The notes under the pieces are model-generated. The model searched no databases, had not been told where the DNA came from, and saw nothing but the letters and a program-made list of their open reading frames with translations. Position numbers and translations under genes: made by a program. A stretch of 64,000 nt of DNA from Rhina ancylostomus (Eukaryota): the NCBI GenBank assembly GCA_030265395.1, contig JARFYF010000074.1, forward strand, positions 84,967,620 through 85,031,619, read 5' to 3'. Shown piece by piece: positions 37,330 through 51,275 of the stretch. Every line of letters starts with the position of its first letter. Position 1 is the first letter of the stretch.

Positions 37330-38335
37330 TGAATATTTGGCTGCCCAAGCAAAATTGGTTCAGTGGCAGGAAGCAAGTGATAATGGTTGATAGATATTTT
37401 TGTGACTGGAAGGTTCCACGCTGCTCAGTGCTTCATCTTTTGCTTCTTGTAATAGACTTAAATGATTTAGGAGGCATGATAAAGAAGTTTGCAGACAATA
37501 TCAAAATTGACCATGGAGGAAAGGATTGAACTGCAGCAAGATGTGGATAGTCTGTTCAGTTAGGCAGAAAAGTTGCAAATGGAATTTAATCCAGAGAATT
37601 GTGAAATAATGCATTTGGGGAGATGCAAAAATGCAAGGAAATACATAAGTAGGAGGATATTTGGTGGTATGGTGGAACAAAAGGATCTTGGATGTCCTCA
37701 GATCCTTAAAAGCCACAAGACAGGTAATGAGTTGGCTTAAAAAGCATGTGGACTGCATTCCAAAGCATAGATTATATAAACAGGGGTATTATCTCATAAA
37801 CTTATTCCATTCTTGTTAGGCCACAGCTTGAGTACACACAGTAGGAAAGATGTAATTATACTGGAGAGGTTACAGAGGAGAGCTACAAATGTGTTGCAGG
37901 ACTGGAAAATTGCAGCTGTGAGGAAGGATTCCATAAAATGGGGTTGTTTTCTTCAGAACAGAGAAAGATGAGGGGAGATTTAATTGAGATGTATAATATT
38001 GAGGAACCTACATAGAGCAAATAGGAAGGACTTATTTCCCTTAGCAGAGGATTGAAAAAAACTAAGGGCATGGGTTTAAAGTAATTGGTAGAAGAACTAA
38101 AGAAGGAAAAGAAATTTATCCAGAGGCTGATTGGACTATGGAATTCATTATCTGAAAAGGGAGACTGAAGCAGAAAGCCTCATCACACTAAACAGCACTT
38201 CCACATCTACTCGAAGAGCCATGACTTGTACTATGGACCCCATGGTGGAAACTGACATTGTTTTGAGTAGCTCTTTTTCAACTGGCACAAACTGGTATGA
38301 ATAGCCTTCTTCTGTGTCATAAATTTCTATTATTT
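37330..38335 (+). mobile_element. Decayed CR1 LINE RT/3' fragment
   Basis: 'NWFSGRKQVIMVDRYFCDWK...NDLGGMIKKFADNIKI', followed by 'tggaatttaatccagagaattgtgaaataatgcatttggg' and a CR1 tail. Confidence 0.85.
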
Positions 38336-39719
38336 CCATTTTAGCAGCCATCTCCCCCAGATAGTAAACACAGGTATCAAAATTCAGCACATTCAGCAGA
38401 CTACTTCACAATATGTGTTCAATAACTACAAAATAACAGATTTTTATAGTTTATAAAATGTTGGTAATTTCAGTTCTCTTTTTGGAGACTTACAGAAACA
38501 TCTGAAGACCCTGGAAATAGCAGCACCAGTAATTTCTTCATAAGATCCTCCATAAAAACTCAGATTTCTGTATTAACATAAGTACCCTCACAGAGACTAT
38601 CATCGTCAATGTTGAAGCTCAGATAATGCAGCATACTTCGAAGTGCAGCAGACACTGTGTGAAAATATCTGATGTTTCCTATCATAACAATTGCTGTATG
38701 CCCAACTCATAAAAGGATATGGAGAGGCCAAAGCAAGCACTTTAAAGACAGGCATAAAGAGATACAGTATCAATCTTGTATAGTGGAAGACAGCAACCCA
38801 AAATAAGGCATCGGGAAGGTGCAACTGTCCCACACGAGTGACTGATAAATTCCAAAGAAAAGGACAGATAGCCCCCTCAAAACAATCAGGACCTAAACCT
38901 GCCATTTAGTTCCACCTGACATGTGACAGTTTGTCTGTGGCTCAAAGATCAAAATTCTCAGCCATCTAAGAACCCATCAAAAATAAAACCCGAAACAAAG
39001 ATCATCCTTGATGCTGAGGCACCATCAATGGTAACCATAAAGAAGCTTCTTTCCCACCAATCTATCAGCTCTTTTGAATCTGATCTACTGGACATGTCCC
39101 CATTTCCTGACCCCCATTCACCAGAATTCCATTTGCCTCCTCTTCTCCCTCCTGTTTTTCAAGATTCTCCTTAAACACTTCTTTTGTGAAGGTTTTGGTC
39201 AATCTGTCTAAAATCTCCTCCATTGGTTTAGGTTTTTTTTTCAAAATTATATCTCTGTGAAGCAATTCGGATGATTTTCTATGTTAAAATTACTATTAAA
39301 ATGTTGTTGCTGTTGACTCCAACCAACTTGCACTCAGTTCACACCCTTCTTGATGGAGATCAATTGAATAATGATCTGAAATAACAATATTGGTTATGGA
39401 TTGATTTTTCCTAAATCAGCAACACTGTCTATTATAGAACACTACTTTTTCTAAGCTGAGATCACCAAACTCAGCACAGACAAAAGATCAAACTAAAGTC
39501 CTTCCCTGTTTGTGTGGCTGAATTAATCACTGTGTAAACCTTTTAAGTCATCCAGCTTATTCTGTATACACATATTTCAATGAGTGCGATACACATTACA
39601 TGTATTTATGTTAAAATTACTTTCAGCAATTCAACCTTGCATCGTGGTAAAAACGTGGCAGATCATGTCCTGAGTAGCAATAAGTTTGGTTCAAGGATTT
39701 GTTGTTAGCTCTTGAATAT

Positions 39720-42125
39720 AAATTTTCCCCATCGAATCCCTCAGCACTATCCCAGTTAATATTATGGATGGTAAAATCACCTGCTATTACAACCCTATTA
39801 TTCTTATGCAACACACAAAAAACTGGAGGAACTCAGTGGGTCAGGCACCATCTATGGAGGGAAATTGCCAGTCGACATTTAAGGTTGAGACCCTTCATCT
39901 GGACTGAAAGATAGAGGAGAGATAGCTAGTACAAAAAAGGTGGAGGGAAAGGGTGGGGCAAGAGTGGGCAGGCAATAGGTGAATCCAGATTTGGGGGGGG
40001 GGGGTCCCTGACAGGTGGATGGAGGAGGGGAGACTGGGAATAGCACCAGAAGCTGGGAGGTGATAGGTGGAAATGAAAAAGGGCTGAAGATGATGGAATC
40101 TGATAGGAGGGCAAGGTGGTCCACTCATTTCTCACCTATATCCATGACACCTCACATGCTCTCCACCATTTTAACAACTTTCAATTCCCTGGCCTCCACC
40201 ACTTCATTTTCACCTTAATGTCCAGTCCCTATATGTGTCTATCCCCCATCAGGAAGGCCTTAGGGCTCTCTGCTTCTTTCCGGAACACAGACTTAACCAG
40301 TTCCCCTCCACCAACACTCTCCTCTGCCTGGCATAATTTGTGCTTCCTCTCACCAAGTTCTCTTTTGACTCCTCCCACTTTCTCCATGTTCCAAACCTAC
40401 CTGGGCACCACTCCCCAAGTTANNNNNNNNNNNNNNNNNNNNNNNNNNNNNNNNNNNNNNNNNNNNNNNNNNNNNNNNNNNNNNNNNNNNNNNNNNNNNN
40501 NNNNNNNNNNNNNNNNNNNNNNNNNNNNNNNNNNNNNNNNNNNNNNNNNNNNNNNNNNNNNNNNNNNNNNNNNNNNNNNNNNNNNNNNNNNNNNNNNNNN
40601 NNNNNNNNNNNNNNNNNNNNNNNNNNNNNNNNNNNNNNNNNNNNNNNNNNNNNNNNNNNNNNNNNNNNNNNNNNNNNNNNNNNNNNNNNNNNNNNNNNNN
40701 NNNNNNNNNNNNNNNNNNNNNNNNNNNNNNNNNGTAAGGACGCCATTCCCTTTTCAGTTTCTCCGACTCCACCAGATCTGTTCTCAAGATGAAGCTTTCC
40801 GCTCCAGGACATCAGAGATGTTCTCCTTCTTCAGAAAATCCACCCTCCTCTCTTGTCAGATTTCATCATCTTCAGCCCTTTGTCACTTCCACCTGTCACC
40901 TCCCAGCTTCTGACACTATTCCCACTCTCCCCTCTCTCATCTGCCTGTCACGCCCCCCCTTTCAGATGGATGCACCTCTCACCTTTTTATTCTGGCTATC
41001 TCCCCTCTATTTTTCAGTCCAGATGAAGGGTCTCAACTTAAAACATTAACTGTCCATTTCCCTCCCCAGATGCTGCTTGACCTGCAGAGTTCCTTTAGTT
41101 TTTCTGTGTGTTGCTCCAGATTCCTGCATCTGCAGTTTTTTGTATTACTATTATTCTTTTATCTATTTGTGATTTCCCTGCAGATATTCTCCTCTAATTC
41201 CTACTGACTATAGGGGAACCTTTAGTATAATTCCATCAAAGTGATCCATCCTTTTCACTTTTAACTTTTCTACCCATATGGCCTCGCTCGACATTCCCCT
41301 GGGATATCCCTTCTAAGTATTGCTGTGATGTTTTCCCTAATCAATAGTGCAACAGCCCTCCTCTCTTACCTCCACTTCTGTCATGCCAGAAGCATCTGTA
41401 CCACAGAACATTGAGCTGCCAGTCCTGCCCATCCCTTAACCACGTTCCTGCAATAGCGACGATGTCACAATCCCATGTGCCCATCCTACTTCTGAATTTG
41501 TCCGCCTCACCTTTTTCTTGCATTGAAGTAAATGCCGTTTAGCCTATCAAACCTTCTACACACCTTGAACTGCCTCTGCCTGGCCTGCCTACTGGACTTG
41601 CTTGCTTTCAACCCTATATTTGCTTCATCACTTTCATCTGATACACAACCACTTTGGGTCCCATCCCTCTGACAGACTATTTGAACCCTCCCAAAGAGCA
41701 CTGGCAAACCTCCCTGCAAGGATATTAGTCCTCCTCCAGTTCAAATGCAACCCGTCCCTCCAGTACAAGTCACCCTGCCCTAGAAGCGATCCCAATGGTC
41801 CAAGTAGCTGAAACCCTCCCACCTGCACCAGCTCTTCAGCCACACATTCATTTCCCTTATCCTCTTATTCCTACCCTCACTAGCACACAGGGAGTAATCC
41901 TGAGAAACACCCATCTGTACCCCTGACTATAAGAGTCCCCTGTGGTGCCACTGATCTGGTTGCCACTGCTGCTGCTTTGCCCTGAGAGGCCATCCCCTCC
42001 AAATAGTATCCAAAACAGTATACTTGTTAGAGAGGGGAACAGCCACAGGGACTCCTTAACTACCTGCTTCCCTCTCCTGATGGTCACCCATCCATCTGGC
42101 TGGACTTGTGGTGTGATCACATCCG
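39720..42125 (-). mobile_element. CR1 LINE 5' region (ORF1 esterase end plus ORF2 endonuclease start), interrupted by a PLE
   Basis: 'GDLYWRDGLHLNWRRTNILAGRFA' (SGNH-type ORF1); 'IYFNAR'; 'WDCDIVAIAGTWLRDGQDWQLNV..DRSGGKRGG'; resumes past the insert as 'KNNRVVIAGDF..NINWD'. Confidence 0.85.
39806..41147 (+). mobile_element. Truncated Penelope-like element with inverted terminal unit and 11-bp TSD
   Basis: RT remnants 'TYIHDTSHALHHFNNFQFPG', 'VQSLYVSIPHQEGLRAL', 'KDAIPF..QFLRLHQICSQDEAF'; 39806-40115 is an inverted copy of the 3' end; CTATTATTCTT flanks both sides (39795-39805 and 41148-41158). Confidence 0.85.
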
Positions 42126-42139
42126 ATCTATAACACTTT

Positions 42140-42375
42140 CTGCCAGCTGTGACTCAGTAGGTTTCACTCTTGACTCTTGTCAGAAGTTTGTGGATTCAAC
42201 TGCCACTCTAGAAGATTGAGAACAAATCTTTAGCTCAACATTCCATTGCAGGAGCAATGCACGACTGGAGATGCAATTGTTTTGGATTCACTGATAAACT
42301 AAGGCCCTGTGTGAAAGATGTAAACAATCTTGTGGCACTATTTTGAACAGAAGGAAATTTATTCCTTTTGTCCTA
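42140..42375 (+). mobile_element. DeuSINE (SacSINE1/AmnSINE1-like) remnant
   Basis: tRNA-like head 'gctgtgactcagtaggtttcactcttgactc..cagaagtttgtggattcaa' and Deu-like 'gatgtaaacaatcttgtggcactattttgaa'. Confidence 0.6.
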
Positions 42376-45300
42376 TCCATGCCTCCCTTACCCTCTCTGC
42401 AGCTTAAAACTAGTTTGTTTTCTCTTCTCCCAGTGCTGACAAAGGGCCTCAGAAATGTTAACTGATTCTCTCTCCACAGATGGTGCCGTGCCTGACCTGC
42501 TGATTTCCAGTATCTGCATTTTTTTAAAAAATTGACCTATCCCTAGTGTTCATTACTTATCTTGAATTCAATACCAGTAAAGCATATTACTTAGTCAATA
42601 AAATATTGTACAAATCTTATTTTTTTTCCAGGCAGATGTCACAGGCAAAATATCTAACCCAAGTCCTTCCCCATTTGTATGACTTATTTGCATCACCAAA
42701 ATTGTCGCTGCACCTATTCAAATCTGCAACGTTAAGCCCACTTTATTCATCATCAGTTGCAGTGTTTGAACATAAGAACTTGCTGTGTGCCAATTGGCTA
42801 CAATGTTTCCAATATTACTTGGACCACAATTGAAAATTATTTAATTAACAATAAAGTGCCTTGAAACTTCATCATGAATGGGGTTGAAGAAGTTTACTTG
42901 TTCTTTCTGCTGCATTACCAGACTATGTAAGTCTTCCCTTCTTTACCACATTTCCCATTCTTCCCTCTCATGCAATTTGACTATGATGATTCACATGTGT
43001 TTTGGATCTACCTTTCCTTCTTTGTTTGCCCTGCTTTCACTTATTTTTGCTGTGCAGCAGGATTCACTTAGAGGTTACGATTCCAGGCATCAATATTGTC
43101 ACAAACTTCCTCTTTTGCTTACTTCATGTCTACCCCAATTTTGGACTTTTTACTAAATTAAAATCTTTTATTTCTGATTAAAGGTCATTAACCTGTAACA
43201 TTAACTCTGTTTCTCTCTTCACAGACGTCATTTGACCAGTTTCAGGAGTCCAGCAATTTTCATTCATATTTCACCCTCCTTTTCTCTACATATTTTGTTA
43301 CTTCATATTCAAATGCAGAAAGCCAAAATTGTTGTTCTTGTTCCAATTGAATCCGCAATCCTGAGCCACCTCCTTACAAAATGTTAACCTCTGTTGCAAC
43401 ATTTGATCAAATTTATACTGGGAAATCTTCCAAAAAGGGCGTCCATTCTGTTGACAGAAACAAGCCTGTTTGGTTACTGACGAACAAGGTAATACAGAGT
43501 GTTCTATGTTCTGTTATTTGGTAAAGGAAGAATCTTGCTGAAATTTAGTCCCTCAAAGTCCCTCATGAAATAATTTTCCAGACAGCTTAACTAAAGAGAG
43601 GAATGCCTACCTTTTGCATTTACCAGACTATTTCCAGGAACTCTAATGCTGGGAGGCATATCGTATACAGGGTTTGTTTGAAATGAGAATTATGAAAACA
43701 AGTAAATCTTGGCATTGTAAAGGTCACTGGCATGGACAATATTCCTGTAATCGAAAAATTTTACAAGATTATAACTGATATTTCTAAATTTACCTACATT
43801 TGACTGCTGAAAAGTGAACTGCACTCCAAAATTGCAACATTAGTATTTTAAGTGGAATGTTGACAGGTAGTGCACAACAGAAATGTCTGGATTTGGTCCC
43901 TTGTCTATGTTAATTAGCAGGACTGCAGTGGAAATAATGAAAGTTGTCCCAGTGTCTCTGAACTATGAAAGGCGAGAACAGCAGCTGGTCACTTTCCTGT
44001 AATTCCCGTTGTAAAATGCACGTTTAATGGCAGATGAAGTTTGAAACAGATTTGATTGTTTTATCCACTCTCCCTTTCTCAGATGATCAAAAAACATACC
44101 GAACTTTATATTCTCAGAACAGCCACTTGGTTGAAACTTTAGAAATGCCCCAGCAATAAAAATTTGCTGTTGATATTGTCTATCTATCAGGTGTTAAAAA
44201 GAAAGAAATCTTTCAAGACTGTCTGTGGAGTCATTGGATCTTTTGACCAGGAGTATGGGTATACATAGTACCAACAGCATTTTATATTTATCATTAGTAG
44301 TAAGCACCTTCAGCATCACAAAACAGGTATACCAACTGACTGATAGACATTCATTTGTGCTTTATTTAAAGCAGATCTGATATCCCATTTTTAATAGCGT
44401 TATAAATTTTGTCTTAATCTCTCATCTCCATTCTCTCCTTTCTGGTTTCCCAGGGTGCACTGCTAAGACTTTTATTCAGAGAATGGGTGACTCAGAATGT
44501 GATGTGCATAATCTCCAAATCTGCCCCATAGCTGCACAATAGGATATATGGAAACGCAATTTGGACAAGTTATCTCAGGTATTTTGAAACCCTGAAACAA
44601 AATCCATGAATTTTTACATTTGCTGGATGTAGCACAATTGGTTGTTTAACAATCTATTTTATTCCAGAGAATGTCCCAGCTGAGTTTCTGAGAAGATCCA
44701 AACCAGTTGCTGGTCTTCCCTGCATATAACAGCAACCTTAGTTTGGTTTAGTGTCATTTGCCCACTGGTAGAATCATTTGTCCAAAGAATGGAGGGAAGG
44801 AAGCCAGACAAACAACAAACTAGCCACAAACTTTGCAGTAGACTTCAATTTAAAATGACTGCCAATTTAATCGTAATATAAATCTGAAGTCTATAGCAAA
44901 GCACATTGATATATAAGGACTTATAGGACACTTTGGAAGCAATAAAGCAATTTCACATGATTTTTCCTAAGTGTTCATACAAGCCTAGGAGCCCAAGAGC
45001 TCCAGGTGTGATGCAGTCTGGGAGCTGTGTGTAATTGTACTTTTTTACATTAGTTTTCAACTTGAACAAAATGATCCAAGTAAATTGGTCCTGTTACTGA
45101 CTCTAAACAAGTACAAAGTAACAGATAATATTGGGGACCTAAATGAAGGATCACATTTGCACTTGTAAGATCAGCTTTAGCACTCACAATTATATAATCT
45201 TACTACTATCTCCTGAAACAGCATCCAATATTATTTAAATTTACAAATAAAAGACTGGAAATCAATTGATTTTTAGAGCCCTAGGGCATCAAGGAACCTT

Positions 45301-45439
45301 AGTCAAGTTGAAATCAGTGTACATTAAAGGCAATCCCTCTATTGGCTGCTGTTTCACCTGGCACAAATGAAGGTTAAAGTTTTTGGAGGGCATTTATCTT
45401 AGCTCCAAAGAGGAGTCCCTCAGAATAACCAAGGTCTAA

Positions 45440-46265
45440 TCATTTTCATCTGCTTCATCAGTGATCTTCCTTGCAGCACAAAGACAATGGTCAGATAATG
45501 AAATAGTCAGTGCCGTCATGCAGCAAGGCTTGGGCTGACAAATGGCTTGGTGCCACGCAATTGTCAATGAAGGACACTCTCCAAGAAGGGAAGCTAACCC
45601 TACTTCTTGATTTTCAATAGCTCTACCATAAATTGAATCCCCAACCATTAAAATCCTAAGGGCCACCATTAATTAGAACCTAACTTGGACCAGCCACACA
45701 AATATAGTGGCTGCAAGAGCAGGTCAAAAGCTGGATATTCTTCAGCAAGATTAATTTCATGACTCCCAGAATTTTATCCCCAACCTAGAGACTCAAGTCA
45801 AGAGTGTAATGGAACATTCTCCACGTGCCTGGACAGTGCAGCTCTAACAATATTTGTGAAACTTGATAGCACTGATGACAAAAGAAACGCAGCTGATTAA
45901 TGCCCCCTCCAATACTTTAAATATTCACCCTCTCTACCACCAATGCTGCAGTGTGTAGCATCTACAAAATGCATTATAACAACACTGAAGTTTCTTCAAC
46001 AGTAAATCCCAAACCCACATATCCCATGATTAAATGGATGAGCAAAGATGCATAAAAACACCATCCTAACCAAATTCCCCTTCAAGTTACATATGATCCT
46101 GACTTGGAAGTATGGCATCATTCCTTTATCCTTGTTTGTTCAAAATCCAGGAACACCTTACCTAATATGGAAGTATCATCACCAATTACAAGTGGCTTAA
46201 AGCAGCAAATTAGGAATGCAATAAACACTGGTCGTGCCAGCAATATCAATACCCCATGAAATAAA
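45440..46265 (+). mobile_element. Decayed CR1/L2-group LINE RT C-terminus and tail
   Basis: 'AWADKW', 'ESPTIKIL', 'TWTSHTNIVAARAGQKLDIL', 'QVKSVMEHSPRAW' remnants; tail 'gcaataaacactggtcgtgccagcaat'. Confidence 0.7.
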
Positions 46266-46424
46266 ATTACAAGCAATGCGTGGTTGCTAAGTAACAAAAA
46301 AAATAAGATGAGATAAATCATCATATTTCTCAACATACCTTTCAGACCTATGGAACTACTTAACTTGGCAACTTTGTTTGGATGTGGAAGCCCATATATT
46401 GTCTTATTCGTGAATCCAATGTTA

Positions 46425-47010
46425 TCTTTGCGTAAAATAAATGGGATTAAAAGCTGATATATCCCAGGATCTGATGGTCTGAAAAGCCTCTACATTTTGA
46501 AGAGGTCCCAGTGGACTGGAGAACTGCAAATGTAACACCTATATTCAAGAAAGGAGACTGACAGAAAGCAAGAAACCATATCCAAATACACTACATCTAC
46601 TGGTTCCCCTTTATGCACATGCTTGTTACATCCTCCAAGATTTTTAAATTTGTCAAACACTATTTCCTTTTCATAAAAATATGATGATTCTATTTAATTA
46701 TGTTAGTTACTAATTTTTGAATAACATCTGTCATTGGGAACTGCTGCAATCTATTATTAAGGAAGTATAAGTGATGAATTTAGTAAATCATGATATTCTC
46801 TACCCCACACATCTGTGGAGTGTCAATCACTGAATATATTTAAGGCTGAGATAGATGGATTTTTGGGCTAAATGGGAGTCAAGGATTATGTAGAACAGTA
46901 TGAAAATGGAATTAACTCCAACATCAGATCAGCTCAGCCATGATGTTTTTGTATGGCATAGCTGGTATGCAGTGCCTTATGACCTACTCTAGCCACTATT
47001 TAGAATGTTT
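46425..47010 (+). mobile_element. Rearranged CR1 fragments
   Basis: 'gactggagaactgcaaatgtaacacctatattcaagaaagga' (DWRTANVTPIFKKG) and tail 'tttaaggctgagatagatggatttttg'. Confidence 0.7.
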
Positions 47011-49684
47011 AAATGAGGACAGCAGATCTCTTCTTAAACACTATGAACAGCTAGCCACTAAATGCAAATGTTCTTTTTCAGATACTTGAAGATTTAGCAT
47101 GATGAATTTCTAATTTCTCTCTTCAACTGATTTTTGTTCAAGGAGATTGAGGAAGTCATTTTCATCCATGTGGAATGCGAGTTAATGCTTTGTCTGTCAA
47201 ACATTAAAGTTACTGAGAACAAGTTCATCCCAATAAGCCTTACTTTATGCTATTGATTACCTTTACATTCTATGATTATTTTAGCTAGATTAGCTCCCAG
47301 CAAGCACAACTTGTTCATTGTGTTTTTAAAGTTTGCGTTAAATTAGAGGCAATTAATTTTGTTCAAGGTGGAAGGAATGAAAAGTAAACAAATAAGATTA
47401 CATGCTGATTGTTTATAATAATAGTTCCCAAAGACCTTAATAATAGTTCCCAAAGACCTGGCAGTAAGGACATAGATTATGCCCATCAAACTCCAGTGGA
47501 TATGAATAAAAAGTGAATAGGTCACCTCAAAAATAACCAAAGTTGTAGTCTTGCAGATTTGTTAAATATCCACACTATTTAAACACTACTATTCTAAGTA
47601 ATGCAAAAGGTAATTAAGTTACTAATTTAATTTATCGACAGTACAGAATATTTTATACAAATGCATTTTTCCAGTAATTATTAAAGAAACAAATAAGTAA
47701 ATTTTAATAATTTTATTTAATACTCATCCCCTTTTGCTGATAAGGACTCCAAGGTGTACAATAAAGGTTATTTTAAATCACCTGAAACATTTACTATGTA
47801 TATACTGTGTGAATAAAGGTTTCATCATTCTTCGTCTGCTGCAGTACCTTGACAAGTTCTCATAGACACGTGCTGTCATATGCTTATTCTAACAACTTAA
47901 TGAGAGTTAGTAGTATAGAGCAAAGTGGTTTTTCACCTTCTCATCTAATCAGATTGGATCATCATGTAAATTCAAATTCTGTCTGCATGTAGAATGGAGC
48001 TCTCAAGTTGCAGAAGAAGCCACAATACCCTCAGTGTGCTCTCCACTTGGACAAGCACTCAACAATCTACTACTGGTGTAAATCAACTGCAACAATAGCA
48101 GCCCAATAACAACAAAGCATCCTTGCTCTTTTGTATGTCATGATGTTATAACATCAGTGGATGCTGGTTACTGGGCTTCAATAATTATAATCACCCCCTG
48201 AAAAGAACACCACCATCCTGAATAGATGTAATGTATTGGCACCATTATTTAAGAATGATTTACTGTGTTATTGCAGAATTAATTCCAATATTATGGTAAT
48301 TTGTGCACTAAATAGCTTGTTTAATTAGTTCTGCTGCCATAAAACCAAATGTATGGATTTGAATCTCGTTTTGGTTCGATCAAATCAAACATCAGATGGA
48401 ACAAAGGCAAGACTAAATTATACCTATTATTACAACAATTCTCATGTCCATTTTGATCATTAGGTTGCCCCTTTGGAAGTCCATGCAGTTAATAGCCTGC
48501 AACATGCACAATCTTGGGACTTCTGAAACAGATAAAATAGAGAGGCTGTAGTCCGTTGCTTGATATTTTCCAGTCATGTTCCCTTTGTCTTTCTGTCCTT
48601 TCATTCATTGTTTCTGCAGGCCTAGACTGACCTGTCACACTTCTGTTTTGCTTGGTCACCCTTCATGGCACTGCCATGGGTAAAAAAGACAGAGTGGTTC
48701 CCACCTCAACTCTGAGTCAAATGTTGACTAATTCTTCTATCTTTTGACAGTATTTCTTCCACCACTGGTCCTACAAACCATCACTAAGCACTTATCAGAC
48801 TTCTTTGTTTACATTCAACTGCAATAAACAATACTTTTAAAGATTCTAAGGCTAGTTACTGACTGCCCAGCTGCTGCATTTGTCCAGTCACAGGTTGTAC
48901 TTTTTACTATCTGCTTAGGAGCAAATAAAACAAGGCTAACCAGACCTTAGTCATTAATACCATTACATTAAATTGTTAGTAAACATCTACTATAATCAAC
49001 ACACATTGTATATTGTTAAAGTTAAATAGAATTTACTGAATGCAAATTTAAAACAAAGCAACATAACTTAAAAATAAAGCACTGGCTGTGAAATTCTTTT
49101 GGACATCACAAAAAATGAAATTAAATTCATGTTTCCCTTCATGAATAGCATAATTTACTAAATGCATTTTGCTGAACAGATTCTTCTCAGCAAATATTTA
49201 CCTTCAGCAAATACTACAGATTTTATTTGGAAATTTACAAATGATTAACATGTGCAACAGCAATACTATAAACTGTTAGCTTGGCATTTTAAATTCAAGC
49301 TTTACTCAGAAAGAGTGCAGATAGCACATCATTCACCTCAGTTTATCCCCCTTGTTTCTCAAGGCAGATTTTCCTTATTTCAACACCTCACTGTCATCCT
49401 TCCTAAATTGCCTTCATATCTTTATCATCTACTATCTTTACTTGAAGCCTTTGGTTCCTTCTTAGCAGTATTCCCAATTGCTTGTCCTCACCTCATCACT
49501 GTTTTGATTACTGGTCATCAAGAGATTTTAACCCACAATAAAATTCAGCTTGCCCTACTCCAGTCTGTTGAACCTCCTCTAGCTCTCATAATTATCCATG
49601 AACATCCTAACCCTCTCTACTCAGGCCGACATAATGCAATTTGCCCCTGAATAATGCAGAAGCAAATTCTGTACAAGCCGAGAT

Positions 49685-50922
49685 AGAGTCATAGTCATGC
49701 AGCATGGAAAAAGGCACTTCAGCCCGATTTGTTCATGCTTATCAAGATGCCCAGCTATACTAATCTCATTTTCCTGCATTTGGTTCTTATCCATCTAATC
49801 ACTGGGGTGGCGCGATAGTGTAGCGGGTAGCGCAATGCTATTACAGCGCCAGCGATCGGGCTTCGATTCCCGTCACTGTCTGTAAGGAGTTTGTGCGATC
49901 TCCCGTGTCTGTGTGGGTTTCCTCTGGGTGCTCTGGTTTCCTCCCACATTCTAAAGACGTACGGGTAGGTTAATTTGGGGTCTAAAAATGGGCGGTGTGG
50001 ACTCGTTGGGCCAGGAGGGCCTGTTACCACGCTGTAAATAAAATTTAATTTAAAATCTATTCCTTTCTTATCCATGTACCTGTTCAAATGCTTTTTAAAT
50101 GCAGTGATTGTACCTGCATCTACCACTTTGTCTGGTAGTTTGTTCCACAAGCCCGCCACCCTCTGTGTGAAAAATGTCCCTCAGATATCCTTCAAGCATT
50201 TCCCTTCTCATCTTAAACAACCTGTGTCTTCTAATAGTTTAAGACCGTGACTATCTACTCTAATTTCATAAACCTCTATCAGGTCACCCATCAGCCTTGT
50301 GTGCTCCAGTGAGAACAATCCCAGCCTATCCAATCTCTCCTGGTAACTAAAGCCCTCCATTCCGGGCAACATCCTAGTGAGTCTTGTCTGCACTCTTATT
50401 CTTTCTACATTCCTTCTATAGTGTGGTGACCAGAACTGTACGCAATATTCCAAATGTGGCTTAACCAATATATTGTGCAGTTGCAACATGATGTCACAAG
50501 TCTTATACTCAATACCTGTCTGTAAAATCAAGCAATTAAAACACTTTCTTCACTTTCCAATCCACCTGTGTCACCATTTTTGTCTAAGTCATTTATACAC
50601 ATGGGAAATAAAAGGTCCAAGCACCGACCCATGCAGAACACCACTGCTTACAGACTTCCAGTCAGAAAAGCAACCCTCCATCACTACCCTCTGCCTCCCA
50701 TCATCAAGCCAATTTTGGATCCAGTTTGCCAAAACATCTTGGACCCCATATGCCCTAACTTTCTGGATCAGGCTACAGTGTAGAATCTTGTCAAATGCAT
50801 TGATAAAGTCCATGTATACCACATCTACTGCCTTACCTTCATAAATTTTCTTAGTAACCTCTTCAAATAAAAAAATCAAATTTGTGAGGCAGGATTTCCC
50901 ATGCACAAAACCATGCTCACTC
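49685..50922 (-). mobile_element. CR1 LINE RT/3' fragment
   Basis: ORFs 50589-50957 'HGFVHGKSCLTNL..AVDVVYMDFINAFDKI..GSVLGP', 50208-50531 'LVKPHLEYCVQFWSPHY', and 'GLWNKLPDKVVDAGTITAFKKHL'. Confidence 0.92.
49804..50054 (+). mobile_element. Young V-SINE inserted in the CR1 tail
   Basis: tRNA-derived head with A/B-box-like 'tagtgtagcgg..ttcgattccc', V-domain 'gtgggtttcctctgggtgctctggtttcctcccaca', AT-rich tail, CpGs retained; approximate TSD atctaatc/atctattc. Confidence 0.9.
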
Positions 50923-50924
50923 TG

Positions 50925-51275
50925 AAAAGAAAAGATGATGTTGAAAATACTCAGCAAGTCAGGCTTGTGGAAAGAAACAGAGTTAACATTTCAGGTTGAA
51001 GATCTTTTGTCAGAATCAATCCCTTGTCTCCAATAACTATTTTTCCCACCACGAGACAGTTTCCCATGTTGACCATTATCTTTGTAATTCTTTCATCCGT
51101 GCACTTTACACGAGGATACATGGCAAACAACAAAGCTGAAACACAACTAACCCCATCAAGGTCTAATGTGAAATGGTAACTCCGTTTCTCTTTCCACAGA
51201 TGCTGTCTGTCCTGCAGAGTGTTTCCAAAATTTTCTGTTTATATCTCAGATTTCCAGCATGTGTATTTTTTGATT
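50925..51275. mobile_element. Fold-back PLE-derived element with ~150-nt spacer
   Basis: 'gtggaaagaaacagagttaacatttcag' pairs with 'gaaatggtaactccgtttctctttccacagatgctg'. Confidence 0.65.

Noticed and set aside
47417-47459. Short tandem duplication (taatagttcccaaagacct x2; similar at about 59007-59036)
   Set aside because: Two-copy slippage duplications with no spacer array or CRISPR-like structure.
49804-49875. tRNA gene
   Set aside because: This is the tRNA-derived head of a V-SINE and continues directly into the SINE body.
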